A DNA stretch of 64,000 nucleotides from Chloroflexota bacterium. GTDB lineage: Bacteria; Chloroflexota; Dehalococcoidia; JABGRK01. The notes beneath the pieces are model-generated. The model did no database searches and had not been told where the DNA came from. It worked only from the letters and a program-made list of their open reading frames with translations. This document shows, piece after piece, positions 50,098 through 59,265 of this stretch; within the stretch, counting starts at the first letter, position 1; every line of letters starts with the position of its first letter. A program made the translations under genes and the position numbers. The stretch spans positions 8,621-72,620 of the forward strand of contig JABGRK010000010.1 of NCBI GenBank assembly GCA_018648325.1. The letters run 5' to 3'.

Positions 50098-50967
50098 CTA
50101 ATATTTAGACTGCGTGAGCAGCGGCGTATAGAACCCGCACCTGAATATGCAGTAGCGTATGCTTAAATCTCCGATGATGCCACCGGCAATAGCAATTGCC
50201 AGTATAACAGTGGAGACCTCACTATAAACGCCTGCTATAACAACACCCAAAGGCAACAGCACACCCAAACCAAGCACTCCCACATAAAAAATGGGTGCCA
50301 GACTGCTACTTATAATAGTCTTAAATACATGCTTGCCTGTAGACGTATACTGGTATACCGTAACCATATAGATAACAAGCAATAGAACATACATGGGCAT
50401 AAGCACCCTTATCCATGATTCGGTAAGCACACTCTCCATATTAAGCGCCAGCGCCAACTCGGCACCACCCAACAGCCCAAGCACCATGAACAGTACGGGG
50501 ATCAGTGGGCTGTTCCATGTCGGTATCGACTTGATGGAGCTGATAACAAATCCTCCGTAAAGGATGACCAGCACCAAAAATACGCCCATGACAATGCCCA
50601 TGTTACTGGCCACATCAGCGTTGCCCCATCTGTTTAGCGCCAGATGGACCGCACCCAGTACCGTATTTATGCCGATCAATATAAAGCCGCGCGATATCCA
50701 TGAACTCTTAAAGTTCATCATCAACCGCCATGCGCGTCTTTTGTGCCCGATATGAAGGAAAAGGCCGCCGCCACCCAGTATCGGTAGTATCAGCCAGCCA
50801 GCCAGCATTCCCCCCGGGTTATTCAGAAAGATAGAAACAAAGTACATACCGGCACCAAGTTCAATTGAAAAGAAGGCCAGCCATATCAGCATACCGTGAT
50901 GACTTATCCACTCGGTCTGTGGCGTTGGCTTAACCATCCATTCCCATGGTTTTACATCGATTTCCAT
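50098..50967 (-). CDS. NrfD/PsrC-family membrane anchor
   Basis: About 8 TM; HIGHKRRAWR..SSWISRG, IPTWN, C-terminal RYCIFRCG. Confidence 0.8.
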   Translation of the reverse strand: MEIDVKPWEWMVKPTPQTEWISHHGMLIWLAFFSIELGAGMYFVSIFLNNPGGMLAGWLILPILGGGGLFLHIGHKRRAWRLMMNFKSSWISRGFILIGINTVLGAVHLALNRWGNADVASNMGIVMGVFLVLVILYGGFVISSIKSIPTWNSPLIPVLFMVLGLLGGAELALALNMESVLTESWIRVLMPMYVLLLVIYMVTVYQYTSTGKHVFKTIISSSLAPIFYVGVLGLGVLLPLGVVIAGVYSEVSTVILAIAIAGGIIGDLSIRYCIFRCGFYTPLLTQSKY

Positions 50968-51139
50968 AACATCCCCCTCGGATATTAATCCAAATAAATT
51001 TTGCCTTTTTACAGTTAAATGTGTCTACCGTGTAAACACGTATATTCCTTATACTACAAATTTGCAGCAACTACGTCAAATTGCAAAATTTCTCTTCAGT
51101 GGTATAATGCACAGCACAAGACCCGCTAAAGGAAAAGAC

Positions 51140-51637
51140 ATGGCTAAAAAACACAAGGACTGGCTCACGGGCGAGCATTCAAAAGGCGATATGGGGCAGC
51201 TAATACTTGCCTGCCTGTTTGCAGCTATCTGGATAGCCGACACATTCTTTTTAAGATATACCACTTTTCTCAACCAGTACATTCCACTTGCTATCAGAAT
51301 ACCTTGTGGAATCATGGTGATCGCTGCCGCCCTGTACCTTGGAAAAGTGGCGCTTACCACCGTATTTGCAGAAGAAAACAAGGATGTTGGAGTGATCGAC
51401 AAGGGAATATTCGGCGTCGTTCGCCATCCGGTATATCTGAGCGAGATCATAATATATACTGGTCTGCTGATAATAAGTATGTCGCTGGCAGCAGCAGCAG
51501 TGTGGGTTATTACCATCGGGTTCCTGCACTGGATATCAAAGTACGAAGAAAAACTGTTGCTTACGCGCTTTGGGCAAGATTATGAAAAGCATATACAAAA
51601 AGTGCCCATGTGGTTCCCACGACTTTTTAAAAAATAG
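51140..51637 (+). CDS. Isoprenylcysteine carboxylmethyltransferase-family membrane protein
   Basis: GIFGVVRHPVY, EEKLLLTRFGQDY..VPMW. Confidence 0.85.
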   Translation: MAKKHKDWLTGEHSKGDMGQLILACLFAAIWIADTFFLRYTTFLNQYIPLAIRIPCGIMVIAAALYLGKVALTTVFAEENKDVGVIDKGIFGVVRHPVYLSEIIIYTGLLIISMSLAAAAVWVITIGFLHWISKYEEKLLLTRFGQDYEKHIQKVPMWFPRLFKK

Positions 51638-51640
51638 GAG

Positions 51641-52165
51641 ATGGATATGAATAGTGAGTTTGATGAAATAGCCAAGTTCCACGGACACAAATGCCCCGGC
51701 CTTGCCATGGGATATCGCATGACCAAGGCAGCCATGAACCGCCTGTCCGAAACAAGCGCTGCCGATGAAGAACTGGTGGCGATAGTTGAAAACGACGCCT
51801 GTGGAACCGATGCGTTACAATGGCTCACCAGATGCACATTCGGCAAAGGCAACTTCATTTTCAAGGACTACGGCAAGCAGATTTTTACTCTGTACAGCAG
51901 AAACACCGGCAAAGGAGTGCGCGTTCACTTCAAAGACGGCGCTGTGCCTGAGTCCGCACGGGCAAGCAAGCCCGACATGATAGCTTGGATACTGGCGGCG
52001 GATGAAAAAGACGTGGTCGATGCAAAAGAGGTCTCGCTGGAACCACCACCAAAGGCTCAAATCTATAAATCGATCAAGTGCGACTTCTGTGGCGAGGGCA
52101 CCATGCAAACGCGCATCAAACAGGTAGACGGCAAAAGCCTGTGCATCCCATGCTCGCTTAAGTGA
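51641..52165 (+). CDS. FmdE family protein with C4 zinc finger
   Basis: FHGHKCPGLAMG, ENDACGTDALQ, CTFGKGN, CDFCGE..CIPC. Confidence 0.9.
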   Translation: MDMNSEFDEIAKFHGHKCPGLAMGYRMTKAAMNRLSETSAADEELVAIVENDACGTDALQWLTRCTFGKGNFIFKDYGKQIFTLYSRNTGKGVRVHFKDGAVPESARASKPDMIAWILAADEKDVVDAKEVSLEPPPKAQIYKSIKCDFCGEGTMQTRIKQVDGKSLCIPCSLK

Positions 52166-52183
52166 TAAGAACAGGACTTTCAG

Positions 52184-53191
52184 ATGCAAAAAGAGGCCAT
52201 GCTATATACAGCGCTTGCAAACAACAACGTCCATTGCTATCTATGCGCGCACCAGTGCAAGATAGCGCCGTCAAAGTACGGCGTGTGCGGGGTAAGGCAT
52301 AACGTGGATGGCGTACTGCAAACGCTGGTTTATAACAAGGCGATTGCCGCCAACGTCGATCCCATTGAGAAAAAGCCGCTGTACCACTTCCTGCCCGGCT
52401 CGAAATCATACTCAATAGCCACGGCGGGCTGTAATTTTAAGTGCGGCTTTTGCCAGAACTGGAACATCTCACAACTTCCGATCGAAAACAGAGACACCAT
52501 TCCGGGGCAGGAACTTACGCCGCAGCAGATTATGAACGAAGCCAAAGAGACGGGGTGTGCCAGCATATCCTACACCTATACCGAACCAACCATATTTTTT
52601 GAATACGCCTACGATACTGCCAAACTGGCCAGGCAGGCCGGGCTGTACAATGTGTTCGTTACCAATGGTTTTATGACAAAGGAGGCTATTGATACAATAC
52701 ATCCATATCTGGACGCGGCAAATGTGGACCTTAAAAGTTTTTCGGATGATTACTATAAGAAGCACTGCAAAACCAAACTTGCTCCGGTGCTTGAGTCGAT
52801 AAAATACATGAAGCAGTTGGGCATATGGGTGGAGGTAACCACGCTGGTTATTCCCGGTTTAAATGACTCCGATGTAGAGCTAAACGATATAGCCGAATTT
52901 CTGGCGCAAGTGGATGTGGATATACCATGGCATATAAGCAGGTTCCACCCTGATTACAGGTTTGCCGATTACAGCGCCACGCCGACTGAAACACTTGAAC
53001 GAGCCAAGGCAACAGGTGTTACACGAGGACTGCACCACGTTTACCTGGGCAACGTGTCATCTGACTCAGATACATACTGCCCTAACTGCAAACAACAACT
53101 GGTCAGGCGATCGCACCTTACAAGCGATGTTACCGCAATAATCGATGGCAAATGCGCGTCATGCGGCGCTGCCATACCCGGCGTCTGGTAG
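52184..53191 (+). CDS. amrS: AmmeMemoRadiSam radical SAM enzyme
   Basis: CYLCAHQC, DPIEKKPLYHF, GCNFKCGFCQNW, YTYTEPT, PWHISRFHP. Confidence 0.92.
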   Translation: MQKEAMLYTALANNNVHCYLCAHQCKIAPSKYGVCGVRHNVDGVLQTLVYNKAIAANVDPIEKKPLYHFLPGSKSYSIATAGCNFKCGFCQNWNISQLPIENRDTIPGQELTPQQIMNEAKETGCASISYTYTEPTIFFEYAYDTAKLARQAGLYNVFVTNGFMTKEAIDTIHPYLDAANVDLKSFSDDYYKKHCKTKLAPVLESIKYMKQLGIWVEVTTLVIPGLNDSDVELNDIAEFLAQVDVDIPWHISRFHPDYRFADYSATPTETLERAKATGVTRGLHHVYLGNVSSDSDTYCPNCKQQLVRRSHLTSDVTAIIDGKCASCGAAIPGVW

Positions 53192-53221
53192 CTTAACGAC
53201 TATCAGGAGACAATATGACAG

Positions 53222-53440
53222 CTACGCGCCGTGTGCTTCCATTTTAAACGAAATCTTGACCTTGGCCCGATAAGCCGAAATCTTGCCATTCTCCATATGC
53301 ATATCAAGCTCAAGAACCTCTGCTATCCTTACATCTCTAACGGTTTCGGCGGCCATGTTTACGGCATTGGCAGCGGCCTCTTCCCATGACGTGGGGCTTG
53401 ATCCGGCAACTTCAATAAATTTATAAACCGACATAATCAT
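53222..53440 (-). CDS. Dodecin family protein
   Basis: SVYKFIEVAGSSPTSWEEAA..YRAKVKISFK. Confidence 0.9.
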   Translation of the reverse strand: MIMSVYKFIEVAGSSPTSWEEAAANAVNMAAETVRDVRIAEVLELDMHMENGKISAYRAKVKISFKMEAHGA

Positions 53441-53538
53441 ACCTCCTAAAGTTATTGCAAGTGAGCCATTTTATGCCCTAATTCCAGATTAGTCAAGGCC
53501 GTGGTAGAATTAGTGTGGAATCATAACATTATGGGGCT

Positions 53539-53751
53539 ATGCATATGAGCGATGAAACAAACGGATGTCCCCAGTGCTTCGGGTGGGGTTTTACTCTTAT
53601 GGACTGCAAGGAATGCGATGGCAGCGGTATGGGTGATCCTTACACGTCTCCAAACTGCATGGAGTGCAACGGTACTGGGGTGCTGGAGATGCCATGTAAA
53701 AATCCTGAGTGCGAAGGCAAAACCAGAAAAGACAATCGACCTACTACTTAA
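53539..53751 (+). CDS. Small DnaJ-type CxxCxGxG zinc-finger protein
   Basis: CPQCFGWG, CKECDGSG, CMECNGTG, CKNPECEG. Confidence 0.7.
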   Translation: MHMSDETNGCPQCFGWGFTLMDCKECDGSGMGDPYTSPNCMECNGTGVLEMPCKNPECEGKTRKDNRPTT

Positions 53752-54028
53752 TCATCCTGATAACTCTTACCGGAGGAGTCGGTCTGCGCACCCGAATTCT
53801 TCGTATTAGCCTCAAAATTACAGGTAAAATGCTGTGCACAAAAAACAGTGGCAGCATAGGATAAAAGAGATAATCGTGCATCCTGAACGCCAGCTGCTTG
53901 GTTAGCAGGCCAAAGGTTATAGCTTCAACAGTTCTGAACTCAGTAATGCCAAATCCGGTCAGGATATATAGCAATATAACTACAAGCAGCAACCAGCGCA
54001 TTATTCTTTTTGATAATCGCCAACTCAT
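53744..54028 (-). CDS. Small membrane protein, possible heme-b partner
   Basis: Two TM segments with His (FRMHDY, FFVHS); GAGG SD; coupled to Mo-oxidoreductase gene. Confidence 0.7.
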   Translation of the reverse strand: MSWRLSKRIMRWLLLVVILLYILTGFGITEFRTVEAITFGLLTKQLAFRMHDYLFYPMLPLFFVHSILPVILRLIRRIRVRRPTPPVRVIRMIK

Positions 54029-54041
54029 AAAACCTCACCTG

Positions 54042-54698
54042 TCAATCAAACTTGCTTCCATCCAGATCACCGTCGTTTGAATAACCGCGCTGTTCCCAAT
54101 AACCTTTATAGTTAATATCATCAGATAGCTCTATACGGGTTATCCACTTAATCCACTTGTAGCCCCACTTGCTTTCAGCTACAAGCTGGAAGGGGAAACC
54201 GCGCTCTGGCGGCAATGTGACGTCGTTCATCTTGTACGCCATAATGATATTGTTATCAGTTATGTATTCAATAGCAAAAGAGGTTGTATATCCATCCGCA
54301 GCGTGGAAGATAACTACTTTGGCTTCTGGCAACACACCGGTCTGTTCAAACAGGTCAGTAACCAGCATCCCCTCCCACAAAATGTTGGCGCTCCAGCCCT
54401 CAACGCAATTGAGTGTAACTACTTTCTTGTACAAATCATTGTTATCTACAACCTCATCGTAAGACAGGGTTACCGGTGTTTGCACCAGACCATCAATCGT
54501 AAGCTCATAGCTATCCTGATCAACATATTGAGGGCCTTTAATGGAGTTATCCCTAAAATCCTGTACAGACGACAGGTTCTCGCCCTTATACTCCCGCACT
54601 TCTATGCCCGAAAGCTCAATGGCACCCTGGCGACACGCCGACGCCAGCAGTACCGCGACAACCACAAGAGCCGATATCAAGAGAAACAGTCGTCTCAT
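54042..54698 (-). CDS. Sulfite-oxidase/MsrP-family molybdopterin oxidoreductase, exported lipoprotein
   Basis: LNCVEGWS (Mo-ligand Cys), DGYTTS, LPPERGFP, GYKWIKWI, GYWEQRGY; MRRLFLL..LASAC signal. Confidence 0.9.
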   Translation of the reverse strand: MRRLFLLISALVVVAVLLASACRQGAIELSGIEVREYKGENLSSVQDFRDNSIKGPQYVDQDSYELTIDGLVQTPVTLSYDEVVDNNDLYKKVVTLNCVEGWSANILWEGMLVTDLFEQTGVLPEAKVVIFHAADGYTTSFAIEYITDNNIIMAYKMNDVTLPPERGFPFQLVAESKWGYKWIKWITRIELSDDINYKGYWEQRGYSNDGDLDGSKFD

Positions 54699-54770
54699 AT
54701 ATTTCCTCCACAACCTAAGAAATACCAATAATTAGGGGCTAAGTTTTTCACAACCCAGCAAACAGTCAAA

Positions 54771-54989
54771 TTAAACTGCCACTACCTCTTTAACTTCCGG
54801 CAGTTCACCCTTTAGCACACGCTCTACACCATGCTTAAGTGTCATGGTGGACATAGCACAATGCCCACATGCCCCGGTAAGTCTTACCGAAACCACGCCA
54901 TCATTAACATTTACCAGTTCTACATTACCGCCATCGGCCATCAGAGCCGGGCGTATCTTATCAAGTACCTGCTCAATCTTTTCTCGCAT
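54771..54989 (-). CDS. NifU/NfuA-like Fe-S carrier
   Basis: IRPALMADGGNVEL, GACGHC, TLKHGVE. Confidence 0.92.
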   Translation of the reverse strand: MREKIEQVLDKIRPALMADGGNVELVNVNDGVVSVRLTGACGHCAMSTMTLKHGVERVLKGELPEVKEVVAV

Positions 54990-55163
54990 ATCATACCTCC
55001 TGCATTAAATACAATCACCATTGTGGACGATACGTGCATCTTTTGTATGCGACTTTTGTCCCAAAATGACTCTTTCCGCTATTGTGGATACAGCCTGCTT
55101 GCTTTAAAATTAAGTGTTCGGGATACGAAAACCCCAAAAGTGATATTTATACATGGAGTCCAA

Positions 55164-56588
55164 GTGCCACAAATAGATGAACACAGAAGCGCCGAGATGG
55201 GGCGTGGTTCAATATGGAAACTGCTGTTCCGCTTTTCCGGCCCGGCCATTATCTCTATGACCGTTGCCTCTACCTACAACATGGTCGACAGAATGTGGGT
55301 AGGCCGCATACCGGGCGAAGAGGGTCTGCAATCGCTTGCCGCTCTGGGCTACGCTTTCCCCATAATGATTGCCTTTATGTCTATTCTGCTGGGAACCGGC
55401 GTGGGGGCAGCTTCACTGATTTCACGAAGGCTTGGCGCCGGTAATAGAAATGGAGCCAACCGCGCAGCCGCCATGACAATAACGCTGTCCCTGATACTGG
55501 GTATTCTAATGACAGCCATCGTCCTGCCCAACCTAGACGGCATATTGCGCCTGATAGGAGCCAACGATGAAACGCTCTATGATGCAGCGGTTCTACAGCA
55601 AGCCAAAAACTATATGTCTATCCTAACCATCTTCGCATTCGTAAATGCATTTTCATTAACCATCGGCAGCATTATCAGAGCAGAGGGGTCACCCACCTTC
55701 CCCAGTGTAGTGATGATAATATCCGCCCTAACCAACATAGCGCTTGACCCTATACTGATTCATGGTCTCAATATGGGAGTTAGTGGCGCGGCCTACGCCA
55801 CCGTAATTGCCCGGTCTTTGGCCGCAGTAATATTTATATACTACTTCGTTTCCAGAAAGTCATCGTTCCGCTTCCGTCTCAAAAACTTTTTACTGCATTT
55901 TGGGATACTTAAGGAGATCTACAAAGTGGGTTTGGCCTCAATTGTAAGAATGGCCGCTTTTGCTTTTGTGACCATACTGGCAAACAGAATAGCCACCGAC
56001 TTAAGTGCGGGCGGCGCAGGCTATGTTGCAGTACTAAGCATTATGTTCAGCATATCCAGCTTCGCGTTTATGCCCACCATGGGACTGGGCCAGGGAGTGC
56101 TACCTCTGGTTGGCTATAACCACGGTGCCGGACTCACAAAACGCGTGGGGGGCGTGGTTAGTAAAGCAAGTACTATAGCCCTGGGTTGGGGTGTCATGTG
56201 TACACTGATTGCACTGCTCATACCAAAACAATTGATGTCCATATTTAACTCCGATCCCGCATTTCTGGAAAACGGTACAACCGCCATGAGGATTTTTGCC
56301 ATAAGCTTTTTTACCGTTGGACTTCAAAATGTCTTGAGCGCTTTCTTTCAGGGAATGGGAAGAGGAATTGCCTCACTCATTCTGGCATCTGCACGGCAGA
56401 TTATTTTCCTTATTCCGGCAATTCTTATACTTCCCGATATTTTCCAAGAAACAGGTCTTTGGGCTTCATTTCCAGTTGCAGATCTGTGCGCCATCACACT
56501 AACGCTGGTCTGGACAATAATTGCGTTTAAGCGTATGGGCATCCGCTTCCGCCTCAGATATCCGAACAGAAATACACAAAATCCATAG
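55164..56588 (+). CDS. MATE family efflux transporter
   Basis: GTG start after GGAG; YNMVDRMWVG, IRAEG, NIALDPILI, GYNHGA, GLWASFPVAD. Confidence 0.93.
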   Translation: MPQIDEHRSAEMGRGSIWKLLFRFSGPAIISMTVASTYNMVDRMWVGRIPGEEGLQSLAALGYAFPIMIAFMSILLGTGVGAASLISRRLGAGNRNGANRAAAMTITLSLILGILMTAIVLPNLDGILRLIGANDETLYDAAVLQQAKNYMSILTIFAFVNAFSLTIGSIIRAEGSPTFPSVVMIISALTNIALDPILIHGLNMGVSGAAYATVIARSLAAVIFIYYFVSRKSSFRFRLKNFLLHFGILKEIYKVGLASIVRMAAFAFVTILANRIATDLSAGGAGYVAVLSIMFSISSFAFMPTMGLGQGVLPLVGYNHGAGLTKRVGGVVSKASTIALGWGVMCTLIALLIPKQLMSIFNSDPAFLENGTTAMRIFAISFFTVGLQNVLSAFFQGMGRGIASLILASARQIIFLIPAILILPDIFQETGLWASFPVADLCAITLTLVWTIIAFKRMGIRFRLRYPNRNTQNP

Positions 56589-56649
56589 TCTGCATGAAAT
56601 TGACAGACACAGCGAATTTTTTGTATCATTAACCAGTGGAGGTACAAAT

Positions 56650-56907
56650 ATGGCAGATTCAAACGAGATAAACCAGAAAATTATAACGGCTACAGGCGGC
56701 ATCTACCGCTCATGGACCATAGGTGTCACCAGTGACCCCGATCAGACCAAGAAGAAAGCTCGCAATCCCAAGAACTGGAATCTTTATGAGGCTGATTCGG
56801 CTGCAAATGCAAAAGCCATTGTTGACTCTTTTACCGAGCAGAAGATGGTGGCAGGGCCTTCGGATGACGGCGCCGCAACTGTTTATTTGCACTTAAACAG
56901 AAGATAA
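56650..56907 (+). CDS. Hypothetical protein (degenerate GIY-YIG-like pattern)
   Basis: GGAGG SD; IYRSWTIGVTSDP..EADSAANAKAIVDSF..ATVYL. Confidence 0.65.
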   Translation: MADSNEINQKIITATGGIYRSWTIGVTSDPDQTKKKARNPKNWNLYEADSAANAKAIVDSFTEQKMVAGPSDDGAATVYLHLNRR

Positions 56908-56927
56908 AAAAACACAAGTAAAAAACG

Positions 56928-56988
56928 AAGAAGGCCAGCCCGCTAAAAGGTATATGTTATATATATCCAGCGAGTTAGCCTTCTTTTT
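56928..56988. terminator. Bidirectional hairpin
   Basis: AAGAAGGCCAGCCCGCT...AGCGAGTTAGCCTTCTTTTT. Confidence 0.6.
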
Positions 56989-57008
56989 CTATTCATATGT
57001 AGATGTGA

Positions 57009-57512
57009 CTAATCTATTAGCTTAAAACGCTTTTGGGGAACACCACAGATGGGGCAGCGTTCCGGGGCATCTCCCACAACCGTATTACCGCAGTACTGGC
57101 ACACATATATAGACTTATCCTCTATTGCTTCACCCTTTTCCAGTTTGGCCAGTGCATCGCTATAAAGCGTATGGTGAATCTTTTCCACCGTATTGGCCAG
57201 TTGAAAACTACCTGCCGCTTTATTATTATCCTCTTTCCCCGCTTGCTCTATAAAATCGGGATACATACTGGTAAACTCATGATGTTCTCCCTCAATAGCC
57301 GCCTTCAGATTATCCACCGAGGACTTGATACCACCCAGTACGTTTAAATGATTGCGGGCATGTGCCGTTTCTGCATCAGCCGCAGCACGGAACAGCCGCG
57401 CTATGTACGCGTTTCCCTCTTTATCGGCCACCTCGGCAAAATATGTGTACTTGCGCGATGCCTGACTCTCCCCGGCAAAAGCCGCACTCAAATTATCGTT
57501 TGTGTTACCCAT
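57009..57512 (-). CDS. rbr: Rubrerythrin
   Basis: AFAGESQA, AETAHA, GEHHE, VEKIH, CQYCG..CPICG. Confidence 0.95.
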   Translation of the reverse strand: MGNTNDNLSAAFAGESQASRKYTYFAEVADKEGNAYIARLFRAAADAETAHARNHLNVLGGIKSSVDNLKAAIEGEHHEFTSMYPDFIEQAGKEDNNKAAGSFQLANTVEKIHHTLYSDALAKLEKGEAIEDKSIYVCQYCGNTVVGDAPERCPICGVPQKRFKLID

Positions 57513-57680
57513 AGCTCAACTCCTTCAAGTTTAAATTTTTATTATAATGCGATGTACTTCGAGAGTATACTGCATTTGAAACAACAGTGTAAACCATTTT
57601 ATACAGACAGTTATGTGATAAAAGTAGCATACAACAAATCCAAGCTGCTATACTGTTTTGCACCGGTAGGAGGCAAAAAC

Positions 57681-57941
57681 GTGAGCGGAGCAGAAATCAT
57701 AGGACTTATAGCAGGGGCTTTTGTCACCTTTAGCCTGGTGCCGCAGGTAATACGCGTGTTCAAACTTAAAAGCGCACGCGGAATAAGCCTGACATTCAGC
57801 GTGGCACTACTGATAGGTCTGTTTTTCTGGATCGCTTATGGGATTATGAACGAAGCGATATCGGTAATACTGTGGAACTGCGTTGGAGCCACCATTTCGA
57901 TTACACTGCTTTTTGCCAAACTTAAGTACAACAAACAATAG
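57681..57941 (+). CDS. SemiSWEET/PQ-loop transporter
   Basis: GTG after AGGAGG; FSLVPQV..KSARGIS..WIAYG..ILWN; three TM. Confidence 0.88.
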   Translation: MSGAEIIGLIAGAFVTFSLVPQVIRVFKLKSARGISLTFSVALLIGLFFWIAYGIMNEAISVILWNCVGATISITLLFAKLKYNKQ

Positions 57942-57950
57942 CAAGGGCAA

Positions 57951-58682
57951 TCAGGCATCTACCAGCAAATATCCGGCATGATCCTTGAGCCATTTTCTAT
58001 ACTCCCGCCACTGCGGATAATATTCGGCCACCAGATTCCAAAACGCCTTTGAGTGATTCATTTGCCTCAAGTGCAGCAGCTCGTGAACTATCGTGTAGTC
58101 AATTATGTGGGGCGGAGTCATTATCAGCTTCCAGTTCAGATTGATATTCTTTTTGCTCGAACAACTGCCCCAGCGGCTCTTTTGCCCACGAATGGAAACG
58201 CGGTTATATGTCAAACCAAGGCGACTGGCCAGCTCATCTACCCGCCCAGGAATAAACATCTTTGCCTGATCACGAAGCCACTGTTTTATAGTCTGTGCGG
58301 CAGTCCCATTGTCCAGCTGTTTCGATTGCAGCAGGAGTCTGTCATCATCCAATATCACGCCATCTGTATCAGCGTGATCTATACTAAAAACGATTTCCAG
58401 ATCCCTGCCCAGATACGGTATATTGTCGCCCTGCTGAAGATGGCCATTCTCAAACGGATGCTCGTAGCCTGTATACCTGTCTATGTTCTTTAAAATCCAG
58501 TGTTTTTTGCCCTCCATCAGCGCTGGCACCGAGGAGGCACTACAACGCTGCGGAACAACCACAACCAGCCCTGTGCAGGCATTTATTTCAAAATGCACGT
58601 GCCTGGCTCTACGGCTGCGCCTGAAAGCATATTCCACTTCCTGTCCATCAAGAACTATTTTTTGTTTGCTCTGTGCCGTCAA
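57951..58682 (-). CDS. M48/YgjP (DUF45) family metal-dependent hydrolase
   Basis: QKSRWGSCS, LNWKL, VHELLHLRQMNHS..FW. Confidence 0.9.
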   Translation of the reverse strand: MTAQSKQKIVLDGQEVEYAFRRSRRARHVHFEINACTGLVVVVPQRCSASSVPALMEGKKHWILKNIDRYTGYEHPFENGHLQQGDNIPYLGRDLEIVFSIDHADTDGVILDDDRLLLQSKQLDNGTAAQTIKQWLRDQAKMFIPGRVDELASRLGLTYNRVSIRGQKSRWGSCSSKKNINLNWKLIMTPPHIIDYTIVHELLHLRQMNHSKAFWNLVAEYYPQWREYRKWLKDHAGYLLVDA

Positions 58683-58845
58683 TTTACTTGCCTCAATTGA
58701 GTTATCGACGATTCCTGTATATCAGGCCCATATTCAATAATAATCGATTTGCCCGTGTCGGGGTAGGGTTAAATGAACAGGTATAACAAAGGATGAGTAT
58801 ACAAAGGTTTGAGGGAACAAAAAGAAAGGCTTTGCAAGTTGAAAA

Positions 58846-58920
58846 TCGGGGTGGCCGGACTCGAACCGGCGACCTCCTGAACCCCATTCAGGCGCGCTAG
58901 CCAAACTGCGCCACACCCCG
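58846..58920 (-). tRNA. tRNA-Pro(GGG), CCA not encoded
   Basis: CGGGGTG...CACCCCG-A; anticodon arm CCTGA-ATGGGGT-TCAGG; GTTCGAGT. Confidence 0.96.
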
Positions 58921-58984
58921 ACGTAAAGCTAAATCCTTAGCTCCTTTTCTATGATTTTTCCCATATTCAGATGGGCTACAATTA

Positions 58985-59014
58985 AGAGTAACATCACTGT
59001 ACTTAGCTTGTCAA
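58985..59014 (-). promoter_or_regulatory. Promoter of tRNA-Pro
   Basis: TTGACA-N18-TACTCT with TG extension. Confidence 0.55.
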
Positions 59015-59265
59015 TATTGGGGATATGGAATCTAGCCCCACTTTTTGAACTATAAACAAAGTCAAGAAAGTATCAAAAAAAACCTTGAGTAAGTATCAGG
59101 TTTGTATTCATATCATTAGAATTATAGTAGTATGCTACGATTCAACATATGAGGCAAAAATGCTATTCTTGAGGATAGAGTCATCATTGACTTTTTAGCT
59201 AGAAAGTATTAATTTAACATTGCGTTATTATCATACTGATACGTAAAGTTATTCGAGTTCATTGT

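Noticed and set aside
54831-55163. N-terminal extension of the MATE ORF (likewise extensions at 57348, 56521 and 16638)
   Set aside because: They overlap neighbouring genes; SD-preceded downstream starts match family lengths
58702-58916. Two short minus-strand ORFs
   Set aside because: They are translations through tRNA-Pro
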